Shown here: positions 43,239-58,141 of the stretch, piece after piece
How the letters are laid out: each line of letters opens with the position of its first letter
How positions within the stretch are numbered: position 1 is the stretch's first letter
DNA from: an uncultured Verrucomicrobiae bacterium
Lineage (GTDB): Bacteria > Verrucomicrobiota > Verrucomicrobiia > Chthoniobacterales > Chthoniobacteraceae
Reading direction: 5' to 3'
Assembly: GCA_963769025.1 (NCBI GenBank)
Contig: CAVYKI010000009.1
Location: forward strand, 288,001-352,000
Length of the DNA stretch: 64,000 nucleotides
The notes under the pieces: model-generated
The model's database searches: none
Told to the model about the DNA's origin: nothing
What the model saw: only the letters and a program-made list of their open reading frames with translations
Program-made: the position numbers and the translations under genes

Positions 43239-43346
43239 CAGCCAAGCCCCGGGCACGCCGGGGACATCCACCGGATGGCATTGTGATTCGCAGAGCCTTC
43301 CCGATGGCCGGCGAATCTGCGCGCGCAAGGCCCTTGAATGGCGGGT

Positions 43347-43375
43347 TTCAAATTCCGAGCATGGTGATGTAGAAT
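43347..43375 (+). promoter_or_regulatory. sigma70-like promoter candidate for copA
   Basis: TTCAAA-N17-TAGAAT; tandem TGCGTAA x2 at 43393-43406 just downstream. Confidence 0.4.
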
Positions 43376-43442
43376 GAATGCGGATTTCCCCCTGCGTAAT
43401 GCGTAAGCACGACGAATACGCTCAAACAGCAAGACAGATAGC

Positions 43443-45785
43443 ATGGCCAAAGACCCGATATGCGGCATGGAGGTGGAGGAAGCCGACGCGCTCAAGGTCG
43501 AGCGTGACGGCCAGACTTACTTTTTTTGCTCGGACCATTGCCGCGTAAAATTCCTTGGCCAGCCAAAGGCCGGGGTCACGGGTTCGGAGCCCGGCTGTTG
43601 CGGGCACGGCACGGACGCGAAGCATGCGCGTCATCCGGCTGGAGCAGCGGCGGTTTCGGCGACGACCGTCGGGAAGTACACCTGCCCGATGCATCCGGAG
43701 GTCGAGCAGGAAGGTTCTGGCGACTGCCCGAAATGTGGCATGCCGCTGGAGCCGAAGACAGGCGCTGGCGAAGGCGCCGAGGAGGACGGCGAGATTGGTT
43801 CGTTGACGCGCAAATTTTGGATCGCGCTAGTGCTCGCGCTGCCGGTGTTTGTCCTCGCGATGGCGCACATGGTTCCGGGACTTCATCTGGAGGCGCTGAT
43901 CCCGAAGAGCGTTTCCAAGTGGGTGGAGTTCGCGCTCGCCACGCCCGTCGTGCTGTGGGCGGGCGGGATATTTTTTGCGAGAGGCTGGCGCTCGATCGTC
44001 AATCGCAGCCTGAACATGTTCACGCTCATCGCGGTCGGCGTCGGCGCGGCGTATCTTTACAGCGCAGTCGCAGTGCTTGCGCCGGACATTTTTCCGCCCT
44101 CGTTCCGTCAGCACGGGGAGGTCGGCCTCTACTTTGAGGCGGCGGCAGTCATCACCGTCCTTGTGCTGCTCGGACAGCTGCTCGAAGCGAGGGCGCGAAG
44201 CCGCACGGGGCAGGCGATCAAGGCGCTGCTGGGTCTCGCTGCGAAGACCGCGCATCGTGTGGTGGACGGGACCGAAACGGATGTCCCGGTGGAGGAAGTT
44301 CAGAAGGGAGATGCGCTCCGGGTGCGCCCGGGCGAGAAAATTCCCATCGACGGCGTCATCACCGACGGCCGTAGCAACGTGGACGAATCCATGATCACTG
44401 GCGAGCCGATGCCGGTCGAGAAGCGTGATGGCGACAAGGTCATCGGCGCGACCGTGAACCAGACCGGCACGTTCCTCATGCGGGCCGAGAAAGTCGGTTC
44501 CGAGACGCTGCTCTCGCAGATCGTCCACATGGTCGCCGAGGCGCAGCGCAGCCGCGCGCCGATCCAGAAGCTCGCCGACACCGTGGCTGGCTGGTTCGTG
44601 CCAATCGTCATCGGTGTCGCGGTCGTCACGTTCATCGTCTGGGCGACCTTCGGCCCTGCGCCGGCAATGGCGTTCGCGCTCGTGAATGCCGTCTCGGTGC
44701 TCATCATCGCATGCCCGTGTGCGCTCGGGCTGGCGACGCCGATGTCGATCATGGTCGGCGTCGGTCGGGCTGCGCGGAGCGGCATTCTCGTCAAGAACGC
44801 CGAGGCGATCGAAATCACGGAAAAGGTCACCCATCTCGTCACCGACAAGACCGGCACGCTCACCGCGGGAAAACCGCGCGTCGCGAATCGCAAGGCCGCC
44901 TCCGGCACCGACGGGAAAGTTCTGCTCCAAATCGCCGCTTCCATCGAGCACAGCAGCGAACATCCCCTGGCGCGCGCAATCGTCGATGCGGCGAAGGAAC
45001 AGAAACTCGATCTGCTCGCGGTGAAGGATTTCGAGTCCACGACAGCGGGCGGTGTGACCGGCATCGTCGGGGGAAAGACCGTGCGCGTCGGCAAGGAGAT
45101 GTTCCTCGCCGAAGCCGGCGTCAGCATTCCCGATGACCTGAAGCGCGAAGCGCAGGCGTGGCAGGAAAAGGCGCAGACCGTCGTCTGGATCGCGGAAGGC
45201 GACAAGGCGGCAGGCATTCTCGCCATCGCCGATCCGATCAAGGAAAGCACGGCCGCGGCAATCAAGGCGCTCCACGCCCTCGGGCTCAAAGTCATCATGT
45301 GCACCGGCGACAACCGCAAGACCGCCGAAGCCGTCGCGCGCGAGCTGGGGATCGATGAGGTGCATGCCGAGGTGGTGCCGCGCGACAAGGTCGAGATCGT
45401 GCGGAGGTTGAAAAGCCAGGGCGCCATCGTCGCGATGGCCGGGGACGGCATCAATGACGCGCCCGCGCTGGCCGAGGCGAATGTCGGCATTGCGATGGGG
45501 ACCGGGACCGACGTGGCGATCGAGAGCGCCGGCATCACGTTGGTCAAGGGCGACCTCATGGGAATCGCAAAGGCGATTCATATCAGCCGCGCCGTGATGC
45601 GAAACATCCGGCAGAATCTCTTCTTCGCCTTCGTCTATAACTCGGTCGGCGTCCCGGTCGCCGCCGGCATTCTCTACCCTTTCTTCGGTCTGCTGCTGAG
45701 TCCGATTATCGCCGGCGCCGCGATGAGCTTCAGTTCGCTCTCAGTCGTCTTGAACGCGCTGCGGCTTCGCAAGGTCTCCCTCTGA
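43443..45785 (+). CDS. copA: Copper-translocating P1B-type ATPase with YHS/TRASH and CPMHP metal-binding domains
   Basis: [48 protein letters not shown] and MxxSS (P1B-1 signature). Confidence 0.95.
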   Translation: MAKDPICGMEVEEADALKVERDGQTYFFCSDHCRVKFLGQPKAGVTGSEPGCCGHGTDAKHARHPAGAAAVSATTVGKYTCPMHPEVEQEGSGDCPKCGMPLEPKTGAGEGAEEDGEIGSLTRKFWIALVLALPVFVLAMAHMVPGLHLEALIPKSVSKWVEFALATPVVLWAGGIFFARGWRSIVNRSLNMFTLIAVGVGAAYLYSAVAVLAPDIFPPSFRQHGEVGLYFEAAAVITVLVLLGQLLEARARSRTGQAIKALLGLAAKTAHRVVDGTETDVPVEEVQKGDALRVRPGEKIPIDGVITDGRSNVDESMITGEPMPVEKRDGDKVIGATVNQTGTFLMRAEKVGSETLLSQIVHMVAEAQRSRAPIQKLADTVAGWFVPIVIGVAVVTFIVWATFGPAPAMAFALVNAVSVLIIACPCALGLATPMSIMVGVGRAARSGILVKNAEAIEITEKVTHLVTDKTGTLTAGKPRVANRKAASGTDGKVLLQIAASIEHSSEHPLARAIVDAAKEQKLDLLAVKDFESTTAGGVTGIVGGKTVRVGKEMFLAEAGVSIPDDLKREAQAWQEKAQTVVWIAEGDKAAGILAIADPIKESTAAAIKALHALGLKVIMCTGDNRKTAEAVARELGIDEVHAEVVPRDKVEIVRRLKSQGAIVAMAGDGINDAPALAEANVGIAMGTGTDVAIESAGITLVKGDLMGIAKAIHISRAVMRNIRQNLFFAFVYNSVGVPVAAGILYPFFGLLLSPIIAGAAMSFSSLSVVLNALRLRKVSL

Positions 45786-45888
45786 GCGTTATTGAAGCCG
45801 GTCGCTCTCACTCCGGCCTGCAATTCTGCGGGCAGCCTCGCTGAGACGGGGAGTGACATCCCGCTTCGTGAAGCGCTACAGAGAATGC

Positions 45889-46098
45889 ATGAGCACCAAA
45901 TTCAAGCTGATCCTCGGAGGCATCCTGCTCCTGCTCGGCATCATTTTCGCCGTGCAAAACTCGACAGTGGTCGAGGTCAAGTTCCTCGTCTGGTCCGCCC
46001 GGATGTCCCAAGCGGTGGTGATTTTCCTCGCGGGAGCGACGGGGACGATCATCGGATTTCTCTTCGGCACCACATTCAAGCTGTCGCGAAAGACCTGA
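45889..46098 (+). CDS. LapA/DUF1049-family small membrane protein
   Basis: TM-IFAVQN...V.V.FL.W-TM pattern. Confidence 0.8.
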   Translation: MSTKFKLILGGILLLLGIIFAVQNSTVVEVKFLVWSARMSQAVVIFLAGATGTIIGFLFGTTFKLSRKT

Positions 46099-46238
46099 GC
46101 GGCGGTCCGGACGCGGCGCATGCTTGCCAGCGGCGGCCCGGCTTCCGCAGATTGCGCACCGGCCTGCGATGGCTGATGATAAGAGTGTCAGACCGCCTCC
46201 CTCTTCGAACAGTTCCAGCACCTCCAACATCACCCCCA

Positions 46239-46877
46239 ATGAAAACCAGGAACACAAAACGCAGGATCGTCGAAACCGCCATGGGTGCAGCCATCGGGGC
46301 CGCGATCGCCGGACCGGCGGGCGCAATCGCCGGTGGATTCGCAGGCAACAAGGCCGGATCGCTCGTGAAGGACCTCGGGAAGCGCAAGACTCCGCGGAAG
46401 CGCTCCAAGCCCGGAAGCAAGCGGGCGATCGTCCACACCGATTTGAAGCGCATCCTTGTGCCGGTGGATTTTTCCCCGCACTCGCTGGCTGCGATGCGCT
46501 TCGCGCGCGACTGGGCGGTGCGTTTCCGTGCAGCCGTGTGCCTGCTCCACGTGATCGAGCCTGTGAATACGACTGCGCCGTTCGGCGCTCAGACGATGGT
46601 TCTGCCGCTCCCGCGACCGGGCTTCCGCAGCAAGCTCAGGACCGAGCTCGACGCCCTGGCCCGGAAGGAGTTTCCGCGCTCCAAGAACGTCTCCGTGGAA
46701 GTCCGTGAAGGCGTTCCCTACGACGAGATCGTGAAGGCCGCTGGAAAGTTGAAATCGGACATCATCATCATTTCCACGCACGGGCGTACCGGACTGATGC
46801 GGGTGCTGATGGGCAGCACGGCCGAGCGGGTCGTGCGTCACGCGCCCTGCCCGGTGCTGACGGTCAGAAGTGCATGA
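46239..46877 (+). CDS. Universal stress protein with N-terminal glycine-zipper segment
   Basis: GAAIGAAIAGPAGAIAGG; then KRILVPVDFS, G.PYDEI, STHGRTG..R.LMGSTAERVVRHAPCPVLTV. Confidence 0.9.
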   Translation: MKTRNTKRRIVETAMGAAIGAAIAGPAGAIAGGFAGNKAGSLVKDLGKRKTPRKRSKPGSKRAIVHTDLKRILVPVDFSPHSLAAMRFARDWAVRFRAAVCLLHVIEPVNTTAPFGAQTMVLPLPRPGFRSKLRTELDALARKEFPRSKNVSVEVREGVPYDEIVKAAGKLKSDIIIISTHGRTGLMRVLMGSTAERVVRHAPCPVLTVRSA

Positions 46878-47004
46878 GCCGCTGATCCTCGACTGATGCG
46901 AGAACGTTAACCAGGCAATGGATTTGAAGCGCCGGCTGTGCACACGGCATCCTGAGCGGCTGCCACGGCTTTACACCGCGCCGGAGTCCTGCGCTTCTCG
47001 CTGA

Positions 47005-48255
47005 ATGCGAACCTACCCGGCTGTCTGTCTCTCGGTTGCGATGCTCTTGCTCGGGAGCGGCTGTGCGACGCGCGCACCTCTGGCTTGCCCGGAATCGAAA
47101 GGCGCGTCCCGTGCCGTGAAGGTCTATTTTGCCACCGACCGCCAACGTCATCCCGGTGACGGCGCGTTGGATTTTGGCCGTGAGCCAACGGCACCGCCGG
47201 CCCTGAATATGGGATGGGAGCGCGTCGCGCTCGGGCAGGGTCACCGGATCGGAAAAGTGGACAGGGACGTGCAGATCACGCCGGTCCACGATCTGGAAGC
47301 CCAGATGCGCGACACCGGTTCCAATGGCATGAGGCGCACTGACGCGGAGATCGCGGCGTTCGTGAATGGGAAGCTCCGCGCGGCAATCCGCGCCCTGCCG
47401 CAGCCGGGTCCAGGCCTGCCGCGCCAGGTGCTCGTCTTCATTCATGGCTACAACAACGAATTCGACTACGCGGTTCGCAAGACGGCGCAGCTCGGTGGGG
47501 ATATTGGCCTGGTGGATTGCGCGGGAAAGGCCCGTGGAGTGGTGATCGCCTACTCATGGCCGGCCCGGGGCGCGGTGCTGAGCTACCTTGCCGACGAGGA
47601 GAGCGTCGAGTGGACGCAGCAGCGTCTGGTGCCGTTTCTGCGCGAACTCGCGCGCGTCTGCCGGGAGGAACGCGCGGGGCTGAATCTCGTCGCACATTCC
47701 ATGGGGGCACGGGCGCTGGTGCGCTCGCTTTCCGATATCGCCAGCCGTGGTGACAGCGGCGGGAAAATTGCCGACAATGTGATCCTGCTCGCGCCGGACA
47801 TTGGCAAGGCGTTGTTCGACCAATACGTGGAGCGCCTCCTGCCGCTGATCGGTCACCTCACCATCTATGTCTCTGCGCGCGATCGCGCGCTGTCGTTTTC
47901 CACGTTCCTGCATGGCGGCCACCAGCGCTTGGGGCTGCTGGAATCCACCGTGGCAGCCGCCCTCGAACTGGCCCGCCTGCCTCTCGGAGATCATCGCGAA
48001 CTCGGCTCCATCGCCGGCACGTCGGTCGCCCGCGGAAAGATCGACATGATCGACGTGACCCGTTCGTTTGCCGCCGAGTTCGGCCATTCGTATGAAGACC
48101 CTGAATTCCTCGGCGATCTGCGCGAATTGATTTTCCGCAACACGCCCGCCGGCACCGGTGAGCGGAGCAATCTGGAGCGGAATGGGTTCGCACGCGGGTC
48201 CACCGGCAACAGTTTTCATGAAGGGGTGACCTTCTTCCGGCTCCGGGCACGATAG
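47005..48255 (+). CDS. DUF900-type alpha/beta hydrolase lipoprotein
   Basis: Lipobox LGSGC; VYFATDR, VLVFIHGYN, YSWP, AHSMG, LLAPD, S.RDRAL, GHSY. Confidence 0.88.
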   Translation: MRTYPAVCLSVAMLLLGSGCATRAPLACPESKGASRAVKVYFATDRQRHPGDGALDFGREPTAPPALNMGWERVALGQGHRIGKVDRDVQITPVHDLEAQMRDTGSNGMRRTDAEIAAFVNGKLRAAIRALPQPGPGLPRQVLVFIHGYNNEFDYAVRKTAQLGGDIGLVDCAGKARGVVIAYSWPARGAVLSYLADEESVEWTQQRLVPFLRELARVCREERAGLNLVAHSMGARALVRSLSDIASRGDSGGKIADNVILLAPDIGKALFDQYVERLLPLIGHLTIYVSARDRALSFSTFLHGGHQRLGLLESTVAAALELARLPLGDHRELGSIAGTSVARGKIDMIDVTRSFAAEFGHSYEDPEFLGDLRELIFRNTPAGTGERSNLERNGFARGSTGNSFHEGVTFFRLRAR

Positions 48256-50515
48256 GGCCGTTGTCCGAGCTGGCTGGCTGGCCGCGCGGTGGGCGGGGCG
48301 GGTGGAGCAAGCACCTTGACCGGCTCCCGTCTTTTCGCGAGATGGGGGACGCAAGCGACCACCTTCTGAATTTATGATCGAATCAGCCAATCTGAGCCTG
48401 CCTGCGAGTCTTCCAGCCACGCCGCCCATACGGGTCTGGCCCGGGAAACCGTACCCGCTGGGTGCGACGTGGGACGGGGCGGGTGTCAATTTCGCCCTGT
48501 TCTCCGAGCATGCGACAAAGGTCGCGCTGTGCCTTTTCGATTCCGTCGAGGCGCAGAAGGAGGCGCGCATCATCACGCTGACGGAGCAGTCCGACATGGT
48601 CTGGCACTGCTATCTGCCGGATGCACGGCCGGGGCAGCTTTACGGCTACCGCGTCCATGGGGCCTACGAACCGGAGAAGGGGCTCCGCTACAACGCGAAC
48701 AAGGTGCTGCTGGATCCGTATGCAAAGGCGATCGGGAGAAAGGTGGACTGGAGCGACACGCTGTTCGCCTACCGCATCGGCGACGCGGCGGAGGATCTGT
48801 CGTTCGACGAACGCGACAATGCCGCATTTGCGCCCCTCGCCGCGGTGGTGGACCCGGCATTCACGTGGGGCGATGACCGCCCGCCGAAGGTGCCGTGGAA
48901 TAAGACGCTGATTTACGAGGTCCACGTGAAGGGCTTCACCAAGCGCATGCCCGGCGTGCCGGAGGAACTGCGCGGGACGTATGCCGGCATGGCGTCGGAG
49001 CCGGCGATCCGGCATTTGAAGGAGCTCGGCGTGACGACGCTGGAATTGCTTCCCGTGCATCACCACGCGAATGACCGCCATCTGCTGGAGCGAGGGCTGA
49101 CGAATTACTGGGGCTACAACACCCTGGCGTTCCTCGCGCCGGAAGCCCGTTATACGCCGACGATCTCCCCGCTGGATTCGGTGCGCGAGTTCAAGATGAT
49201 GGTGCGCGCTCTGCACGCGGCGGGCCTGGAGGTGATTCTCGACGTCGTCTACAATCACACTGCCGAGGGCAACCACATGGGCCCTACGCTTTCCCTCCGA
49301 GGGATCGACAATCTGCATTACTACCGCCTCGTGCCGGATGACCAGCGGCACTACATGGATTACACGGGATGCGGCAACACGCTGAACATGCAGAGCCCGC
49401 GCGTGCTCCAGCTCATCATGGACAGTCTGCGCTACTGGGTGCTGGAGATGCATGTGGACGGGTTCCGCTTCGACCTGGCGAGCGCGTTGGCGCGGGAGCT
49501 CCAGGAAGTGGACAAACTCGGGGCGTTCTTCGACATCATCCATCAGGACCCGGTGATCTCGCAGGTGAAGCTGATCGCCGAGCCATGGGATCTCGGCGAG
49601 GGCGGATACCAGGTCGGGAATTTCCCCGTGCTCTGGACGGAGTGGAACGGCAAGTACCGCGACTCGGTGCGGAAGTTCTGGAAAGGGGACGGCGGTGTCG
49701 TGTCCGAGTTTGCCTCCCGGCTTTGCGGCAGCAGCGATCTCTACGCGCACAGCGGACGGAGGCCGTACGCGAGCATCAATTTCGTCACGTGCCACGACGG
49801 CTTCAACCTGCAGGACCTCGTGAGCTACAACGAGAAGCACAACGAAGCGAACGGTGAGGACAACCGCGACGGCTCGAACGACAACGAGAGCTGGAACTGC
49901 GGCGCGGAAGGGCCGACCGATGATCCTGAAATCCTCGCGCTCCGCGAGCGGCAGAAGCGCAACATCGTTGCGACGCTGATGCTCTCGCAGGGCGTGGCGA
50001 TGATCCTCGCGGGCGACGAACTCGGCCACACGCAGCGAGGAAACAACAACACCTATTGCCAGGACAATGAACTGACGTGGCTCGACTGGAACCTCACCCC
50101 AGAAAAGCAGGCGTTCCTCGATTTTGTGAAACGCGTGATCCGGATCTGGCAGACGCAGCCGGTGCTCCAGCGCCGGAAGTTTTTCCAAGGGCGGCAAATC
50201 CGCGGTTCCGAGGTGAAGGACATCACGTGGTTCGAGCCATCCGGCCACGAGATGACGGACGAGGGCTGGAACACGCACCACGTCCGCTGCCTCGCGGTGC
50301 GACTCGCCGGCGATACCATGGTCGAATTCGACGATCGCGGTGCCCCGATTCACGGGGACACGCTGCTGATCCTGCTGAACGCACATCACGAGCCGGTGGA
50401 TTTTACGCTCCCGGCCGATCACGGTCACCCGTGGGAACGGATTCTCGGCACCGCCGAGGATGAGGACGAATCGCTTATGCTGAAAGAAGGTGCGGTGCTC
50501 AGCGTGGAGGGGCGC

Positions 50516-53325
<2,810 letters not shown>

Positions 53326-53329
<4 letters not shown>

Positions 53330-55182
53330 CGTTGGAACTTCAGGACGAACGTCTCGGGTGTCGGAAAAACGAACGCGCCCGTGCGTTCGTCGAAAGTGGC
53401 GCGTTTCTCCCCGCCGAACTCGACGGAGTTGCTTTGTAGGACTGCCTGCCAGATCGCGCCATCGGGAAGGCATGTGATTTCCTCGTCACAAATCTTTCCC
53501 GCATGTCCGCCGTGCAAATCGGAGAGCAGCAGCCACTCCTCGCTTTCACTGCTCAGCCTCAGCGCGAGCACTCCGCACTTCAGCGCGACGACGCGGTAGC
53601 CTGCGCGGCTGGCTGGACGAAAGGCCGGGTGCTCGTGCCGCAGGCGGAGCGCGGTCTGGTAGAGCCGAAGGCAGGCTGCATGCGGTTCGCGCGTGAGTTC
53701 GCTCCAGTCGAGTTTTGAACGCCCGAATGTCTCCGGGCTCTGCGGCGCCGGGATGTCGGTCTTCTCAAGCGCGTCGGCGAAGACGGGAAACTTCTCCATG
53801 TCCAGCCGCCTGCCTTTGTCCACGAGCTTGCCGAGTTCGTCGTTGTGGTCGGTGAAATATTGGAACGGTGCGGACGCCGCCCATTCCTGTCCCATGAAGA
53901 GCATCGGGGTGTAGGGGCTGAGGCAGAGCAGCACGCTCGCCGCGCGGTACGCCTCGGGTGTCGCGAGATGGCTCAGCCGCTCGCCGAATGCGCGGTTGCC
54001 GCACTGGTCGTGATTTGAAATGCAGTAGACAAATCGCTCTGGCGGGAGATGTCCGCAGGGTGTGCCGGGGCGCACCTTGCCGCCGAGACGCGGTTCGCCG
54101 CGGTACACCCAGCCCTCGTGCATCGTCTCCGCGACTTCATCCAGATCGCCGCTGAAAAAGCAGGCATACATCGACGTGTCGATCAGCGCATTCTCGACCG
54201 AGTGGTGAAAATCGTCGGCCCACGCCGCGTCGAAGCCGCAGCCGCCTTCCGGGCGCGGCGTGATGATCGCCGCCTCGTTGCGCTCATCCTCGGCGATGAT
54301 GTATCCGCCGCGGGAGCGGACCGTATCCGCCATCTCCGCCAGGATGTGCGGCACCGAGTCGTCTATGATCGCGTGCGTGGCATCGAGCCGGAAGCCGTCG
54401 ATGTGAAAGTCGCGCATCCAGTAGATGAGGTTCTCGCGGAAGAAAGAGCGCACCGCAGCGCTTTGCTCGCGGCTGAAATTGATCGCTTCGCCCCACGGCG
54501 TGTGATGCTCGCTTTCGAAGTAATGGGGCGAAAAGACGCGCAGGTAATTCCCATCCGGCCCGAGGTGATTGTACACCACGTCGAGAATCACGGCGATGCC
54601 CTCGGCGTGCGCGGCATCCACCAGCGCACGGAGATCGTCCGGCTGTCCATAGGCCCGGGCTGGCGCATAGAGGTGTACGCCGTCGTAGCCCCAGTTATGC
54701 GCACCGGGAAAATCGGCGAGCGGCATCAGCTCGATCGCATTGACTCCCAGTTCGCGGAGATACGGCAGGCGATCGATTGCCGCCCGGTACGTGCCCTCGG
54801 CCGTGAATGTGCCGATGTGCAGTTCGTAAATCGTCAGGTCGCGGAACGGCGGACGCACCCAGGCATGGTCCCGCCAGCGATAGGTCGAATGGTCCACGAC
54901 TTGCGAAGGACCATGCACGCCGTCGGGCTGAAAATGCGACGCAGGGCAGGGGAATGCCGAGCCATCTTCCAGTCCGATGAGGTAACGGTCGCCCGCGCGG
55001 CCCTGCGGATCGAGGGCGGCGTGGAATCCGAATTTGTCACCGGCGAGAGGCACGCATCGCACGACCGCTCCATCCTGCCCGATGATGCGGACTGTGAGCA
55101 CTTTCCTATCCGGCGCCCATACGCGGTATCGGACGCCCTCCGGTCCGACGTGGGCGCCCTGTGGTGGGAATTCTCCGTTCAT
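53326..55182 (-). CDS. treZ: Malto-oligosyltrehalose trehalohydrolase
   Basis: RVWAP, QPDGVHG.S, IYELHIGTFT, WGYDGV, DVVYNHLGPDGNY, RLDATHAI, NHDQ.GNR..GERL, FMGQEW. Confidence 0.96.
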
Positions 55183-55269
55183 TCACACCATCGTGCGAAA
55201 TGAGGTGCGCCTTCGGCAACGGTTGATTGCCCGATTGCGCGCTTCAAGTCTGGGACCGCGGCGCAGTAT

Positions 55270-55767
55270 TCAGGCAGTGCGTCCGGCTTTTACCGCGTCC
55301 ACGAACGCGCCCGGGTCGTCCGGGGTGACCACGATGGGTTTCCGGTCGCTGAATTTCAGGATGACGGCGTCGCCAGTGCGTGTGGCGAGAGCCCGGAACG
55401 AGCCCAGCGATTTCTGGTAGAACCATCCAGTGAACGAATAGAGTCCGCCGTTGCCGCACATGCGCCAGGCCCAGCCAAAAGACCCCGGGCGCCATTCGGC
55501 ATCGGTGAGCGTGCGCAGCGGGATGCGCGTCACCCAGACGAGCCTGCGCACATTCAAAAACCCGCCTCCCACTTCATAGCCGCGCACAGTGTAAAGGGCG
55601 CAGCCTGCCAGGAGAAGCACCGGGATTGCGCGGATCGAGCCGCGGAAAATCGAGCCCATTTGTTCGGGCAGGGGGAACGACCATACGATCGCCGGCAGCA
55701 GCAGCGTGGACAAAAGCGAAATCACCTTCAGCGAATTCGACCAAGTCGCGGCAAAGGTGCGGTTCAT
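55270..55767 (-). CDS. Membrane protein with bacterial PH domain
   Basis: Two TMs, then RGY.V, R..GNGGLYSFTGWF, VVTPDDP..F. Confidence 0.75.
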   Translation of the reverse strand: MNRTFAATWSNSLKVISLLSTLLLPAIVWSFPLPEQMGSIFRGSIRAIPVLLLAGCALYTVRGYEVGGGFLNVRRLVWVTRIPLRTLTDAEWRPGSFGWAWRMCGNGGLYSFTGWFYQKSLGSFRALATRTGDAVILKFSDRKPIVVTPDDPGAFVDAVKAGRTA

Positions 55768-55790
55768 GAGCGTTCGCGCAGGAGGGGCGT

Positions 55791-57485
55791 TCAGGCTGCC
55801 CCTGCCTGATGTACTGTGAGCTGTTGGAAGGGAATCACCCAGCCGTGCTTGTTCGCCGCATCCACGAGGAAGCGCTGGATCGCGCGCTCGAGCTGCTCCG
55901 CCCGCGGCGCCACGTTGCCGGAAAAATCCGCCAGCACCAGATAGTCAAGCGATGAACTGGCCGCCTCGCAGAAATCCACGCTGAGATTCTTCATGTCAGA
56001 GTGCTCGATCATTGCCAGCAGTCCGGTTTTCACGGCTTCCTGCATGAGCTCCGGGATGCGCGTGGTCGCCTCGGCCTGATGCTTGTAGTCGATTCCAAAC
56101 CGGGTGCGCACCCGGAAATTATGCGTGAGGCTCTCGGGGTGCAGATCGAGGAATGCCGGGACCGTGAACGTCTTCCGGCTGCCGCCAAGCTGGACGAGCC
56201 GCACCCACTCCGGCGTGAGTTCGACCACTTTGCCGCGCGTGCCGTCGCTCAGGCGCACCCAGTCATTTTTTCGGCATGGAAACCACGGCAGCGATTCCTC
56301 CGTCGGACGCGAATTCATGGTGAGGAGATCGCGGAGCGGAAGGCGGATCCGCGCGCCTTCGAACGCGGGGTTCAACAGTTCGGTGTACATATTGATCGTC
56401 TGCACCTCCCACGGCACCCCATTGAAAAGCACCCGCTCGCCTTCGCGGACCGGACCGAGATTCATCAGCAGTTTCGCCTGCTCGTAAAATCCCGGAAGGA
56501 CCGTCTTGCTCGCCCAGGCGAGGCCGATGAGGAAAAGGATCGCCACGCCCAGCAGCACCCAGTCGCCGGAGGCGTAGAGCACCAGGAATAGCGCGGCGGT
56601 GGAACCCACGACGCAGACGACATAATACAGGATATCGAGCAACCGGACGACGAACGAGCGGCGAAACCGCGCGCGAACCGCCGGGATGCGCAGCACGTAC
56701 CACCGCACAAGGCGCAACAGCACGAAGACCCCGACGAATGCCAGAGCCGCAAGCAGGACGTTCCTTCCGCGGCTGCGGAAAAAGTCCGCGGTCGAATCGC
56801 GGAGCACGCCGAAAACCGTGCGTTTGTGCGCGAGCTTCTCATCGAGCTGAAACTGCGCCACGGCGAGGTCATTGCGCACCTGCTCCAGTTGGTTGCCCCA
56901 TTCGCCTCGCAATGCAAGAAGTCGGGTCTTCAACTCACTGTCCGGCAGCGATGAGACGAGTGCCGCGAGGTTCTCCGTCGCCGCGTTCATCTCCGCCTCC
57001 CGCTTTTTGAGGTCGCCGACGGTGGAACGCAGATTGTCCAGTTCGCGCGGCTTCGCGGTGAGATCCTTCAGCTCCCGGACGATGGGCTGGAGCAGTTGTT
57101 CGAGTTCCTGCGCCGTGTCGAATTTTTCGGGCTTGCGGGAGGTAACGGCCCGCCAGTCGTGCCCGGAGGCGAGCGATGCGAAGTCCATCCGGAGCGCATC
57201 GACCTTTTCGCGCAGAGCGTCCATATCCCTGCCAATCGCCGCTTTCTCCTCCGTTGTCTCGGCTTTCTGAAACTGTTCCCGCTTTTTCGCCAAATCCGCC
57301 TCGGCCAGGTCGATGTTGGCCATGAGCGCGCGCAGGGCGGGCGCGGACTTCGCTTCGCCGTTGCCTGCTGCGTCCTTCTTCGCCGCTGGCGGCGAAATTT
57401 GCTCCGGCTGTTGGGCAAGCGAGGCGTCCGTCAGCAGCGATGGAATGGCGAGGGACGCTACTGCCAGCAGGGTGCGGATATGCAT
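55791..57485 (-). CDS. MscS-family mechanosensitive channel-like protein with periplasmic coiled coil
   Basis: Signal peptide, long coiled coil, 3 TMs, REGERV..NG, FGIDY, IPFQQLTVH C-terminus. Confidence 0.75.
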   Translation of the reverse strand: MHIRTLLAVASLAIPSLLTDASLAQQPEQISPPAAKKDAAGNGEAKSAPALRALMANIDLAEADLAKKREQFQKAETTEEKAAIGRDMDALREKVDALRMDFASLASGHDWRAVTSRKPEKFDTAQELEQLLQPIVRELKDLTAKPRELDNLRSTVGDLKKREAEMNAATENLAALVSSLPDSELKTRLLALRGEWGNQLEQVRNDLAVAQFQLDEKLAHKRTVFGVLRDSTADFFRSRGRNVLLAALAFVGVFVLLRLVRWYVLRIPAVRARFRRSFVVRLLDILYYVVCVVGSTAALFLVLYASGDWVLLGVAILFLIGLAWASKTVLPGFYEQAKLLMNLGPVREGERVLFNGVPWEVQTINMYTELLNPAFEGARIRLPLRDLLTMNSRPTEESLPWFPCRKNDWVRLSDGTRGKVVELTPEWVRLVQLGGSRKTFTVPAFLDLHPESLTHNFRVRTRFGIDYKHQAEATTRIPELMQEAVKTGLLAMIEHSDMKNLSVDFCEAASSSLDYLVLADFSGNVAPRAEQLERAIQRFLVDAANKHGWVIPFQQLTVHQAGAA

Positions 57486-57574
57486 TGGGATATCCGCGAC
57501 AGTCGCACCCTATGCCCCGTATTCGCAATCACCGATCCGCCCAGCCGCGCAGCACCGGGTAAAGTGAGCCGCTG

Positions 57575-57982
57575 CTAAAATGTGGCGTTCATGCGCTCCA
57601 CCACGCCTTTGCGGAACCAGATCGCGAGGTTGCGCACCGTGCGTCCCGAGGCGGAATCGTATGCAACGTTGTTGTAGTCCCAGGACTCGGTCGTCGCCGA
57701 AGTGTACACGCTTGCCGGCTTTCCGAGCAATGCGACCACCGCGCTCATGGGTTTGTCTTTCAACTGGACGCGCAGTTTCCGCAAATCGTGGGCAGGCCGT
57801 GAGGCGAGCAGCTTGCCGTAGCGCTGTTCGTAGCGCGCGGCGAGTTCACGGGATTCCGCGAGCTGCCGTTCCAGTTCCGCGCGCGATACGCGCGATTTTC
57901 CCGGTGCAGCGGTCTGGCACGCCGTCATCCCGCCGAGGCATGCGAAGGCAATGGCGACGGGAGTGAATGCATGCCGATTCAT
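57575..57982 (-). CDS. Lipoprotein with SmpA/BamE-like C-terminal motif
   Basis: MTAC lipobox-like site; V..LLGKP......E.W.Y.....L.I.F..G.V. Confidence 0.6.
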   Translation of the reverse strand: MNRHAFTPVAIAFACLGGMTACQTAAPGKSRVSRAELERQLAESRELAARYEQRYGKLLASRPAHDLRKLRVQLKDKPMSAVVALLGKPASVYTSATTESWDYNNVAYDSASGRTVRNLAIWFRKGVVERMNATF

Positions 57983-58141
57983 AAGTTGGGTTGCTTTCGT
58001 TTCGCACGCGGCAGTCGCGTGCGGTGCTGCCGGGAGCATTCATTTTCACGCGATGCATCGCAAGCCGGAACGCGGCGCCTCGGAGCGCCGCCTGGCCTTT
58101 GGGGATGGTGATCGCGACTCATGCGTGCGATACATTCCCGG

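Noticed and set aside
58050..58061. 12-bp palindrome GCGATGCATCGC between divergent genes
   Set aside because: Short and GC-rich; a few such palindromes are expected by chance in 64 kb.
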